Virus record (IMG/VR): IMGVR_UViG_3300013104_000038
Span: 1-42,516 of that record
Length of the DNA stretch: 42,516 nt
Strand: one strand, 5' to 3'
DNA from: a virus
The translations under genes were made by a program, and so were the position numbers. The notes under the pieces were generated by a model that was not told the DNA's origin, did no database searches, and saw nothing but the letters and a program-made list of their open reading frames with translations. Below, piece by piece: positions 34,112-41,467 of the stretch. Position 1 is the stretch's first letter. Every line of letters begins with the position of its first letter.

Positions 34112-34395
34112 GCTGGCCGTGCCGCTGCCGACGCGCGGTTTGCCAAGCGCGGCAGAATACGCGCTTCAAGCCCGAGACGTATAAGCGGCCAAAGCGCTGC
34201 AAGAGTTGCGGCAAGGGATTGCTGCGAGTGGACTACTGGCGCAAGCGCAACGAACTGGGGCGGCCCGACAAGACCGGTCGCCCGGATCGAACGGGCTGCT
34301 GCGGGTACTACTTCCCGCATCGCCGCGGCAGCAAATGGTGCGATGGGAACCCTAAATTGACGATGGATATGCGAGAGGAGAGATCGAGATGGTAG
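34108..34395 (+). CDS. Cys-rich, probably zinc-binding protein.
   Basis: CKSCGKG...CCGYYFPHRRGSKWC. ATGA coupling. Confidence 0.6.
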   Translation: MSWPCRCRRAVCQARQNTRFKPETYKRPKRCKSCGKGLLRVDYWRKRNELGRPDKTGRPDRTGCCGYYFPHRRGSKWCDGNPKLTMDMREERSRW

Positions 34396-34619
34396 GTAAC
34401 GGCATTTGCGCAGACGACGTTGTTCTCGCAGTAAAGGCGCTGGCGCGCAGCGTGCCGGCGACAGAGATTGCGCACTGGTTGCGCTCGGACACGCGTTCCG
34501 TGGCCGCTGCGTCGCGTCGCGCGATCAAAGAGGGTCGCATCACGATCACGTACCGTCGAGGGGCGAAAGGCGAGCAGCGGCGCGGCTTCTACAGGTTCGT
34601 TCGCTGGACGGCGAAATGA
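34389..34619 (+). CDS. Small wHTH-like protein.
   Basis: 76 aa, basic, overlapping its neighbours. Confidence 0.55.
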   Translation: MVGNGICADDVVLAVKALARSVPATEIAHWLRSDTRSVAAASRRAIKEGRITITYRRGAKGEQRRGFYRFVRWTAK

Positions 34620-35089
34620 CCGTCCTCCATGAATGGGCGGCGCGCTGGAACGTGCCGGTCGCCGCGCTGAATGATCTGCGCGAGCGGCTGGGCGCGGGCA
34701 ACGAGGCACCGCTGGTCGGCGGCAAGAGCGAGGCGGCCGTGACGAACCTGGTGCGCGCCGAGGCGCCCCGTGTGGGCGCGCGGCTCTGGCGGAACAACGT
34801 CGGCGGCATGTACGACGAGACCGGGCGGTTCATTCGTTACGGCTTGGCGAACGAGACCGCGGCGATGAACAAGGTCATCAAGAGCGCCGATCTGATCGGG
34901 GTGCGCCCAGTGCTCATCACGCCTGCGCACGTCGGCACGACGATCGGCCAGTTCCTCTCACGCGAGGTCAAGGCCGGCGACTGGCGGTACACGGGCACCG
35001 AACGGGAGGTCGCGCAGCTGGCATGGGCGACACTCATCACATCGCTCGGCGGGGACGCTGGGTTCGCTACGGGGAGCGGGACGCTATGA
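34616..35089 (+). CDS. VRR-NUC domain nuclease.
   Basis: The LWRNNVGG...ADLIGV...SREVK...QLAW pattern is of PD-(D/E)xK type. ATGA coupling. Confidence 0.78.
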   Translation: MTVLHEWAARWNVPVAALNDLRERLGAGNEAPLVGGKSEAAVTNLVRAEAPRVGARLWRNNVGGMYDETGRFIRYGLANETAAMNKVIKSADLIGVRPVLITPAHVGTTIGQFLSREVKAGDWRYTGTEREVAQLAWATLITSLGGDAGFATGSGTL

Positions 35090-35334
35090 GCTGCAAGCAC
35101 ATCATTACGCGAGGCCGCAAGGGCGAAAAGGGTAGCTGGTGCGTCGATTGCGGCTTGAAGATTTACGACGTTGACTCGCGCACCTGTGATGGCTGCGTGC
35201 ATTACCGAAGGTTGCCTAACGGCTCGATTTGTCGAAAACATCTGATGTCGGTCAGCGCGTCAATGCATGTTACGTTCAAGATCACCGAGGGGACGTGCTG
35301 GTCTCCTATTGACGCCCCCGACAGCAAGCGCTAG
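35086..35334 (+). CDS. Cys-rich zinc-ribbon protein.
   Basis: CVDCG...CDGC...C. 82 aa. ATGA coupling. Confidence 0.6.
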   Translation: MSCKHIITRGRKGEKGSWCVDCGLKIYDVDSRTCDGCVHYRRLPNGSICRKHLMSVSASMHVTFKITEGTCWSPIDAPDSKR

Positions 35335-35337
35335 GCT
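35309..35337 (+). promoter_or_regulatory. Sigma70-like promoter of the CTATTGACG family, upstream of the TetR-like gene.
   Basis: TTGACG (35309-35314), 17-nt spacer, TAGGCT (35332-35337; it contains the upstream stop codon). The palindrome CTGCGCGCAG follows at 35336-35345. Confidence 0.5.
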
Positions 35338-35364
35338 GCGCGCAGTTACTATAGGAACGCAACG

Positions 35365-35676
35365 ATGAAAGAACGTATCCGCCGGCTGCCGAAGGATCGC
35401 AAAGAGGAGCTGCTGAAGGCCGCCCTGGCGCTCGCCGAGAAACAGGGCTACATGAACGTGTCGCGGGCGGCGATCGCGCAGCGTTGCGGCGTGAGTGAGG
35501 CGCTGCTCTCGCATCACTTCGGCACCATGACCGAGTTCCGCCGCACCCTGATGCGCTACGCCGTGGCGCACGAGAACCTGTCCGTGGTGCTGCAGGGGCT
35601 CGTCGACGGCAACCGCTACGCCCTCAAGGCGCCCGAGGCGCTGCGGGCGCGGGCGTGCGCGGGGCTGCCGTCGTGA
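35365..35676 (+). CDS. Short TetR-family-like HTH protein (103 aa).
   Basis: RKEELLKAALALAEKQGYMNVSRAAIAQRCGVSEALLSHHFGTMTEF matches the TetR N-terminal HTH pattern. No full ligand-binding domain. Confidence 0.65.
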   Translation: MKERIRRLPKDRKEELLKAALALAEKQGYMNVSRAAIAQRCGVSEALLSHHFGTMTEFRRTLMRYAVAHENLSVVLQGLVDGNRYALKAPEALRARACAGLPS

Positions 35677-35765
35677 CCCGACTGGAGCGAATCGTTGGAG
35701 TAATCTGCGCGTGCTGCGTAGTCTGGGCGCTTATCAGGATTGCTGCACTTTAATCAGGGGATACC

Positions 35766-38132
35766 ATGCAAGTCTTGCCGCCTGCCCTGGCGCCCCTTGG
35801 CGCGTATCGGCAATTTATTCTCTATCGCCTGGTGCCGGATGGCGTCAAGACGCAGAAAAAGCCGATCGACCCGCGCACGTTGACTGTTGCCGATCCGCAC
35901 AACCCCGAGAGCTGGGTGTACTTCCATGAAGCCGCGGCGCTGCTGCCGGCACTCGGTCCGTCGCACGGCGTGGGCTTCGTGTTTACCGAGCATGACCCCT
36001 TTTGGTTCCACGATATCGACTCGGCGTGGGACGGCACCGCATGGAGCGCCGTCGCGCAGCAAGCGTGCGCCGAGCTGGCCGGGTGCGCCGTCGAGGTATC
36101 GAGCAGTGGGCGCGGCCTCCACATTTTCGGCACGGGGCCGGTGCCGCCGCACGGCAGCCGCAATGCAACGCTGCACACCGAGTTCTATTCGTCCAAGCGC
36201 TTCGTTGCGCTAACCGGGCTGAATGCCGTCGGCGACGCGAGCCATGCGCCGGCCAATCTCGGCGCCTACGTGCAGCGCCACTTTCCCGTCGCAACCGGCG
36301 GCAACGGCGACATTGACGCGGGCTGGTGGAGCGACGCGCCCGTGGCGCAGTGGCGCGGGCCGACCGATGACGACATGCTCATTACTCGGGCGGTGCGCTC
36401 GAAGTCGGGCGCGAGTGTCTTCGGCAGCAAGGCGGCTTTCGTCGACCTCTGGGATGCTGACGCGACGGTGCTTGGCGAGGCGTTCCCCGCGGATCGTGCC
36501 GGCGATCCGTACAATGCGTCGAACGCGGATGCTGCCCTGGCGCAGCATCTTTGTTTTTGGACGGGCAATGACGCGGCGCGGATCGAGCGGCTGATGCGCG
36601 CGAGCGCGCTGCACCGCGACAAATGGGACGACCGCGACGACTACCTGCCGCGCACGATCCGCAAGGCGTGCTCGATGCAGACCGAGTTTCTGGCCGATGC
36701 GCCACCGAGCACGAGCCCGTTTGCCGAGGCGGTCAAGGCCGCGCCCGTCGCCATCGGCGCGCTGCCGGTGACGGATAGCACGTTCCTGTCGCCGGCCGAG
36801 CAGGTCGACTTTTTCGCCGGGTGCGTCTACGTGCTGGATGAGGACAAGTTCATGCTGCCGACCGGCATGCGCGTGGATGCGACCCGCTTCAATCGCGTCT
36901 TCGGCGGTCGCACCTTCGTCATGGACCACGGCAACGAGCGTACCACGCGCAAAGCGGCCGAGGCGTTCACCGAGAGCCAGGCGTTCCGCTTCCCCCGCGT
37001 CGACTCGACGTGCTTCCGGCCGCTGCTCGGCCCAGGGGTGATCGTCGTCGAGGGCGGGCGGTCACTGGTGAATACGTGGGTGCCAGTCGATGTGCCACGC
37101 GCTGCGGGTGACTCGACGCGCTTTTGGCAACACCTGGCCAAGATGCTGCCCGACGAGGAAGACCAGCGCATCCTCGCCTACTATCTCGCCGCGTGCGTCC
37201 AGCGGCAGGGGCTCAAGTTCCAATGGGCGCCACTGGTGCAGGGCACGACGGGAAACGGAAAAAGCATGCTTTCCCAATTTGTGCGCAAGGCGATCGGGCG
37301 CGAGTATTGCCACACGGCCCGGGCCAAGAATATCGACAACGATTTCAACGCTTGGATGGCGGGGCGCACCTTCGTCTCAGTCGATGAGATCTACATTCCC
37401 GACAAGCGGCTCAATATCCTCGAAACGCTCAAGGAGATGATTACCAGCGACGAACAGGAAGTCACGCTGAAGGGCATCGACTCGGCGACGCGGGAAATCT
37501 GCTGTAACTTCGCGTTCTTCACGAATCACAAGGACGGCATCCGCAAGAACCGCCACGAGCGCCGCATCGCCCCGTTCTACACCGCGCAGCAAGATCCGGC
37601 GGACCTGGCGCGCGACGGGCTGACCGAGGACTATTTCCGCGATCTCGTCGATTGGCTCAAGGGGCATGGCGGGTATGCTGGCGCGGTGCCGGGATACCAC
37701 ATCATCGCGGACATGCTCTGGACGATTGAGATTCCCCCAGCCTACGACCCCAGCAAGAGCCCGCGCGCCCCGCGCACGAGCAGCACGGAGGCTTCGATAC
37801 GTGCCAGCCGCGGCCCGGCGGAGCAGGAGATTCTGGAAGCGGTCGATCAGGACGAGCCGGGCTTCCGCGGCGGCTGGATTAGCTCGGTGATGCTCAAGCG
37901 GCTGCTGGCCAACTCCTCGCACCGCGTGGCGCTGGGATTGCAGGGCGAGCTGGTCGAGGGCCTGGGCTACCTGCTACACCCCGCGCTCAAGGAGGGCCGC
38001 GTGAATAACACGGTGATGCCCGACGCGGCCAAGCCGAAACTCTACGTGCGGGAGGATGCGGCGGCCCTGCTGGCGCTACCGACCGCAGCCGAAGTCGCGC
38101 GGGCCTACAGCGCGGCGCAGACGGGGCACTGA
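35766..38132 (+). CDS. Bifunctional AEP primase-polymerase / D5-type SF3 helicase.
   Basis: The AEP motifs are FHDIDS and SSSGRGLHIFG. Walker A is GTTGNGKS and Walker B is FVSVDEI. Confidence 0.88.
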   Translation: MQVLPPALAPLGAYRQFILYRLVPDGVKTQKKPIDPRTLTVADPHNPESWVYFHEAAALLPALGPSHGVGFVFTEHDPFWFHDIDSAWDGTAWSAVAQQACAELAGCAVEVSSSGRGLHIFGTGPVPPHGSRNATLHTEFYSSKRFVALTGLNAVGDASHAPANLGAYVQRHFPVATGGNGDIDAGWWSDAPVAQWRGPTDDDMLITRAVRSKSGASVFGSKAAFVDLWDADATVLGEAFPADRAGDPYNASNADAALAQHLCFWTGNDAARIERLMRASALHRDKWDDRDDYLPRTIRKACSMQTEFLADAPPSTSPFAEAVKAAPVAIGALPVTDSTFLSPAEQVDFFAGCVYVLDEDKFMLPTGMRVDATRFNRVFGGRTFVMDHGNERTTRKAAEAFTESQAFRFPRVDSTCFRPLLGPGVIVVEGGRSLVNTWVPVDVPRAAGDSTRFWQHLAKMLPDEEDQRILAYYLAACVQRQGLKFQWAPLVQGTTGNGKSMLSQFVRKAIGREYCHTARAKNIDNDFNAWMAGRTFVSVDEIYIPDKRLNILETLKEMITSDEQEVTLKGIDSATREICCNFAFFTNHKDGIRKNRHERRIAPFYTAQQDPADLARDGLTEDYFRDLVDWLKGHGGYAGAVPGYHIIADMLWTIEIPPAYDPSKSPRAPRTSSTEASIRASRGPAEQEILEAVDQDEPGFRGGWISSVMLKRLLANSSHRVALGLQGELVEGLGYLLHPALKEGRVNNTVMPDAAKPKLYVREDAAALLALPTAAEVARAYSAAQTGH

Positions 38133-38133
38133 G

Positions 38134-38376
38134 ATGCAACCCAAACGGCAAGATGAGATCGATCTGTATGCGACGCTACGCCGACCGGCGTACCGGCTCG
38201 TGCTGCGCCTCGACGTAGCGGAGGCGGCTGAAAGGCTCGGCATCAACGAAAACCGAGCATATCGATTGCTCGAAAAGTGGGATCTGAAAGGTTGGTACCA
38301 ATTTAGCAGCTTTCCGCCGGGCGGCTGGTTCACTGAGGTTGCGCCGGATCATCTCGACGCGGAGATGCCGGGGTGA
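38134..38376 (+). CDS. Small wHTH-like protein (80 aa).
   Basis: The ATG lies 1 nt after the primase stop. VAEAAERLGINENRAYRLLEKW is HTH-like. Confidence 0.6.
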   Translation: MQPKRQDEIDLYATLRRPAYRLVLRLDVAEAAERLGINENRAYRLLEKWDLKGWYQFSSFPPGGWFTEVAPDHLDAEMPG

Positions 38377-38651
38377 CGCTCTGGCCGCGGTTGCTCGAAG
38401 TGTTGAAAGACGGCCCAGGCACCGCGGCCGAGATCGCCTTGGAGCTGGAGTTGGATTCCCGGCGCATCGCGGTGAACCTGCGCGAGATGTGGCTGGCCGG
38501 CTACCTGACACGCGAGAAGCATCATCCCGTGTCGCAGCTATACGCGCGCCGAGGCTCAAAGACGCTCAGCTCGCGCCGACGGCGGGTGCTCTGGCGATAT
38601 GGGCTCGACGCTGATTTGGTCAGAGCACCGATAGTCGAGGCTCGACGCTGA
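38373..38651 (+). CDS. MarR/wHTH-like protein whose 3' end lies inside the 37-bp repeat array.
   Basis: The GTG start overlaps the upstream TGA. GTAAEIALELELDSRRIAVNLREMWLAGYL is wHTH-like. The last 16 codons or so are encoded by repeat units. Confidence 0.55.
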   Translation: MTLWPRLLEVLKDGPGTAAEIALELELDSRRIAVNLREMWLAGYLTREKHHPVSQLYARRGSKTLSSRRRRVLWRYGLDADLVRAPIVEARR

Positions 38652-38732
38652 TTTGGTCAGAGCACCGATGGTCGAGGCTCGACGCTGATTTGGTCAGAGC
38701 ACCGATGGTCGAGGCTCGACGCTGATTTGGTC
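38604..38732. repeat. 37-bp tandem repeat, 3.5 copies (CTCGACGCTGATTTGGTCAGAGCACCGAT(A/G)GTCGAGG).
   Basis: Units at 38604, 38641 and 38678, with an 18-nt partial copy at 38715. Each junction forms the palindrome GTCGAG-G-CTCGAC. Confidence 0.95.
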
Positions 38733-38735
38733 GCG

Positions 38736-38942
38736 CTACCGGCGGGCAAGCCCCTTGGCGCGTCGGTTTTCGCGGGACTTCGCCTGGCTGCCCGCTACGC
38801 ATCGCTTGCAGATCACGCTGGCGTGACTCGCGCGCTCCGCTGCCGGCCGAACCGTCGCACACTTCGGACAGAAAAAGTGACCGGCCGGTAGCGGCGGGAA
38901 CGGCGTACGCTTGCCGCTGAAATTGCGCTTGCTAAAGAGCAT
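38736..38942 (-). CDS. Zinc-ribbon protein (68 aa), last gene of the leftward early operon.
   Basis: CPKC...CKRC. Confidence 0.6.
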   Translation of the reverse strand: MLFSKRNFSGKRTPFPPLPAGHFFCPKCATVRPAAERASHASVICKRCVAGSQAKSRENRRAKGLARR

Positions 38943-39189
38943 CGGGCGGAGCCTCTAATTTGCCAGTGAAGCCGTTCGCGTCATAGCCCGCCGCGTACAG
39001 GCGTTCAAAGCGTGCGACGCCAGCGGCCGATAGCAGGTAACCGCCGGCACGGTGCACCCAGCGGCCGCCGCAGGCTTCCGCCAGGTGCGCGGCGCGCGTT
39101 TTCCAGCCGCTACCATCGGCGGCCGGGCGCACGCATTGTTTGCCCTTCGCGTAGCGATAAGGGGTGATGACGTAGGCGGGCGCGGTCAT
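38932..39189 (-). CDS. Hypothetical protein (85 aa).
   Basis: The internal ATG at 39189 overlaps the upstream stop (ATGA). Confidence 0.55.
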   Translation of the reverse strand: MTAPAYVITPYRYAKGKQCVRPAADGSGWKTRAAHLAEACGGRWVHRAGGYLLSAAGVARFERLYAAGYDANGFTGKLEAPPDAL

Positions 39190-39347
39190 ACCTGCACGCA
39201 AAGGTATTCGGCGAAGTATCCGTCTGCCGCCAACCGTGCGAGATCTTCGCGGGTAATGGGGGCGTACTGCCATTCTGAAAACACAACGCCAGCGCCGGCA
39301 ACGCGCCAAGCGATAATTTGCAGCTTCACGGCAGCAACGCCGGGCAT
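39186..39347 (-). CDS. Hypothetical protein (53 aa).
   Basis: Internal ATG at 39347, in the same operon. Confidence 0.45.
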   Translation of the reverse strand: MPGVAAVKLQIIAWRVAGAGVVFSEWQYAPITREDLARLAADGYFAEYLCVQV

Positions 39348-39565
39348 TCGCCGGTTTGAATGTACGTCGCGCGCTGCAGGAACGTTAGGGAATGATCGTA
39401 CTCGCCGCGCAAGGCAGCGGCCGCGCTTTCCTCGCGCCAAGCGATGTAGGCCGGCAGATCGTTAACGCGCACGGTGCCGCTTTGCGCTTCCGCGATGCAA
39501 GCGTGCTCATTATCGGCGAACCATTGCCGCGTCGCGCGGATAGTTTCTTGAGTTAGCAGGATCAC
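39326..39565 (-). CDS. Hypothetical protein (79 aa).
   Basis: GGAG, 8 nt, then GTG at 39565 (cassette GGAGTGCCTACCGTG). Confidence 0.55.
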   Translation of the reverse strand: MILLTQETIRATRQWFADNEHACIAEAQSGTVRVNDLPAYIAWREESAAAALRGEYDHSLTFLQRATYIQTGECPALLP

Positions 39566-39708
39566 GGTAGGCACTCCACGTTATGCGCCGGTTCGCACGG
39601 ATGGCAACGCGCGTGCAAAACAAGCGCTTGTTCCGCGCTCCAGGTGGCGTAGGTGCAAGCGCTCGCGCGGCCGTCGGCTCGCGAGTAGTTGACGCGGTAA
39701 AGGTGCAC
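39562..39708 (-). CDS. Hypothetical Cys-rich protein (48 aa), below the ORF-track cutoff.
   Basis: The identical cassette GGAGTGCCTACCGTG precedes the GTG at 39708. I translated it by hand: VHLYRVNYSRADGRASACTYATWSAEQALVLHARCHPCEPAHNVECLP. The stop overlaps the next GTG (GTGA). Confidence 0.45.
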   Translation of the reverse strand: MHLYRVNYSRADGRASACTYATWSAEQALVLHARCHPCEPAHNVECLP

Positions 39709-39726
39709 GGTAGGCACTCCCATTGC

Positions 39727-39786
39727 AGCGGGACGGATCGCCCGTAACTGCGCCCTGGTGCAAGGCGCAGCGGCTGGCGGTCAATC
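39727..39786. repeat. 60-bp intergenic repeat, copy A.
   Basis: 59/60 identical to 40016-40075. Contains the hairpin TGCGCC-ctggtgcaa-GGCGCA. Starts at the stop codon of gene 39786..39998. Confidence 0.95.
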
Positions 39787-39998
39787 TAGCAGCGCATGGT
39801 GGCCGCGAAATTCGGCAGAGCGCCGTCCATAACGCGCGTTTCGGTGAGCCGGTGAAACCCGTTTGACTCTGCCCATACGCGAGCCTTAGCAACGTCCGCG
39901 CGTCCGGCCGCCGTATCCGGCCGAGCGGTAATCAGGTCCGCTTGCCAATCTTCCGTCGCGCCTTTCGCCAAGGCGTGTAGCAGTATCGTGGCGGTCAT
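39786..39998 (-). CDS. Hypothetical protein (70 aa).
   Basis: GAGGTG lies 5 nt upstream of the ATG. Confidence 0.6.
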   Translation of the reverse strand: MTATILLHALAKGATEDWQADLITARPDTAAGRADVAKARVWAESNGFHRLTETRVMDGALPNFAATMRC

Positions 39999-40015
39999 AT
40001 TGTCACCTCACGTTA

Positions 40016-40075
40016 AGCGGGACGGATCGCCCGTAACTGCGCCCTGGTGCAAGGCGCAACGGCTGGCGGTCAATC
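40016..40075. repeat. 60-bp intergenic repeat, copy B.
   Basis: See copy A. Starts at the stop codon of gene 40074..40331. Confidence 0.95.
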
Positions 40076-40331
40076 AAAGGGGGAGCCCGCGCGAATCACA
40101 GAATCGGCCGGGATTGCGCTTCACCAACGTGCGCGCCCATGCGTACAACACTTTACGATCGGCAAAAGGCGCAACGCATGCGCTACGGTCGGGAAACGTC
40201 ACAATCAGGTCGGCACCGATGATGCGCAGTGTTGTTTGCCCGCACCCCATGCGGCGCGCTCGGTCTTTTATGCACCGCAGATTTTTCCCGCGCGCAACGG
40301 CAATGTTGTCGGCGTCATAGATAACGATCAT
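40074..40331 (-). CDS. Hypothetical protein (85 aa).
   Basis: GGAG lies 8 nt upstream of the internal ATG at 40331. Confidence 0.6.
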   Translation of the reverse strand: MIVIYDADNIAVARGKNLRCIKDRARRMGCGQTTLRIIGADLIVTFPDRSACVAPFADRKVLYAWARTLVKRNPGRFCDSRGLPL

Positions 40332-40411
40332 CGGAGCCACTCCACGTTAAGCGGGCAAGTCGCCCGGCGGAACCGTCCGCGCTAGGCGGACGGCTCGACC
40401 TGGTGAACTGC

Positions 40412-40612
40412 TCAGTCGGCTACGACCTCGAACGCGTCATAAGGATCGGTGAACTTAGAATCACGGCTCACTTCATCCATTTTACGCAAGGCCGTCCGGC
40501 GCACCCATGTGCAGCGGCCCTTGTCGGAAAGAACGCACCACGTCCCGGCGGGCGTTGATCCGTTTTGCTTTGACAAGCGCATGCGAACGTAGAAACGATC
40601 TAGGGTACTCAT
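40412..40612 (-). CDS. Hypothetical protein (66 aa).
   Basis: GGAGTAATTGACC then ATG at 40612. An 8-bp hairpin CCGTCCGC-ctag-GCGGACGG follows downstream. Confidence 0.6.
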   Translation of the reverse strand: MSTLDRFYVRMRLSKQNGSTPAGTWCVLSDKGRCTWVRRTALRKMDEVSRDSKFTDPYDAFEVVAD

Positions 40613-40618
40613 GGTCAA

Positions 40619-40771
40619 TTACTCCGGTGAATGGGCGATAGCGCGCAGAATGCGCAATGCGGCGAAAGCTTCGCGGGCCGATGGCAAGTCGCGCGTCCAA
40701 GCGAGGCCGGTATTGTCCGCGATGTAGTACCAGCGGCCGCGCGTACGGCGGGCAACGTGGAATGCGCTCAT
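40619..40771 (-). CDS. Hypothetical protein (50 aa), below the ORF-track cutoff.
   Basis: GGAGTAACTGACC then ATG at 40771. Translation: MSAFHVARRTRGRWYYIADNTGLAWTRDLPSAREAFAALRILRAIAHSPE. Confidence 0.5.
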   Translation of the reverse strand: MSAFHVARRTRGRWYYIADNTGLAWTRDLPSAREAFAALRILRAIAHSPE

Positions 40772-40773
40772 GG

Positions 40774-40908
40774 TCAGTTACTCCTGGTGGCGACGCGACG
40801 GCAGACGATAGACCAGCCGTGCGGAATGCGATCAAAGGGGCCGATGAACGGCAGATATTGCACGTGTCCATCGAGAAAGCGGGCAATGCGGCAACGGTAG
40901 GTGCGCAC
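40774..40908 (-). CDS. Possible small protein (44 aa, GTG start).
   Basis: This frame fills the gap between 40910 and 40771. No clear Shine-Dalgarno sequence. Weak call. Confidence 0.3.
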   Translation of the reverse strand: MRTYRCRIARFLDGHVQYLPFIGPFDRIPHGWSIVCRRVATRSN

Positions 40909-40909
40909 G

Positions 40910-41272
40910 TTAGCGATACCGGCAAGGCGGGCAAAGGGTGACGCCCTTGACCGTGTAGCGAACCGGCCAGCCGCGCGGATCGCGATTAATCTCCAGCCGT
41001 TCGGCGCCGATGCCGGCGCAAAGCGTTTCGATCCGCTTGCGCGCGCTGGGCTCGGGGTTCGGCGCGGGATAGTAGGTGCGGCTGCCGTCACGACGGATGA
41101 TGGGCCGCGACGCTTTGCCCGCTTCATCCACTTCGATATCACCATTGCAATATTGGATGTAGAACGTATGCAAGCGTTGCGCATCTTTGCGGATCGCATC
41201 GGCCGTTACCTGGTCGATGCCGGCGCGCTCGGCGAGGCGGGCATACTCGGCGCAATCTTTGGCGTAACTCAT
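40910..41272 (-). CDS. Hypothetical protein (120 aa).
   Basis: GAGGA lies 8 nt upstream of the ATG. Confidence 0.7.
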   Translation of the reverse strand: MSYAKDCAEYARLAERAGIDQVTADAIRKDAQRLHTFYIQYCNGDIEVDEAGKASRPIIRRDGSRTYYPAPNPEPSARKRIETLCAGIGAERLEINRDPRGWPVRYTVKGVTLCPPCRYR

Positions 41273-41275
41273 GGC

Positions 41276-41467
41276 TTAATTCCTCGTCCAAGTGTCATAC
41301 GCGCGGCTGCTAATGCGGCCCTCTTTGCAAAGCATGTCGGTCCAATTGTTCCACGCTTCATCCAGCGCGGGGCGGTCATTCTTGCCGTAGTGCGCCACGA
41401 CGGCCGGCTTCACTTCCTCGTTGAAAATCTTGCGCGCTTCGCGCTGCGACGTTATGCGGTAACTCAT
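41276..41467 (-). CDS. Hypothetical protein (63 aa).
   Basis: The internal ATG at 41467 overlaps the upstream stop (ATGA). GGAG lies upstream. Confidence 0.6.
   Translation of the reverse strand: MSYRITSQREARKIFNEEVKPAVVAHYGKNDRPALDEAWNNWTDMLCKEGRISSRAYDTWTRN

Noticed and set aside
38604-38732. The 37-bp repeats as a CRISPR array.
   Set aside because: The units are directly abutting with no spacers, and no cas genes or leader are present. I interpret them as a tandem/iteron-like array instead.
39581-39892. 103-aa minus-strand ORF in the early operon.
   Set aside because: It spans the 60-bp intergenic repeat and overlaps gene 39786..39998. It has no ribosome-binding site. The 48-aa frame 39562..39708, with a duplicated ribosome-binding-site cassette, explains the region better.
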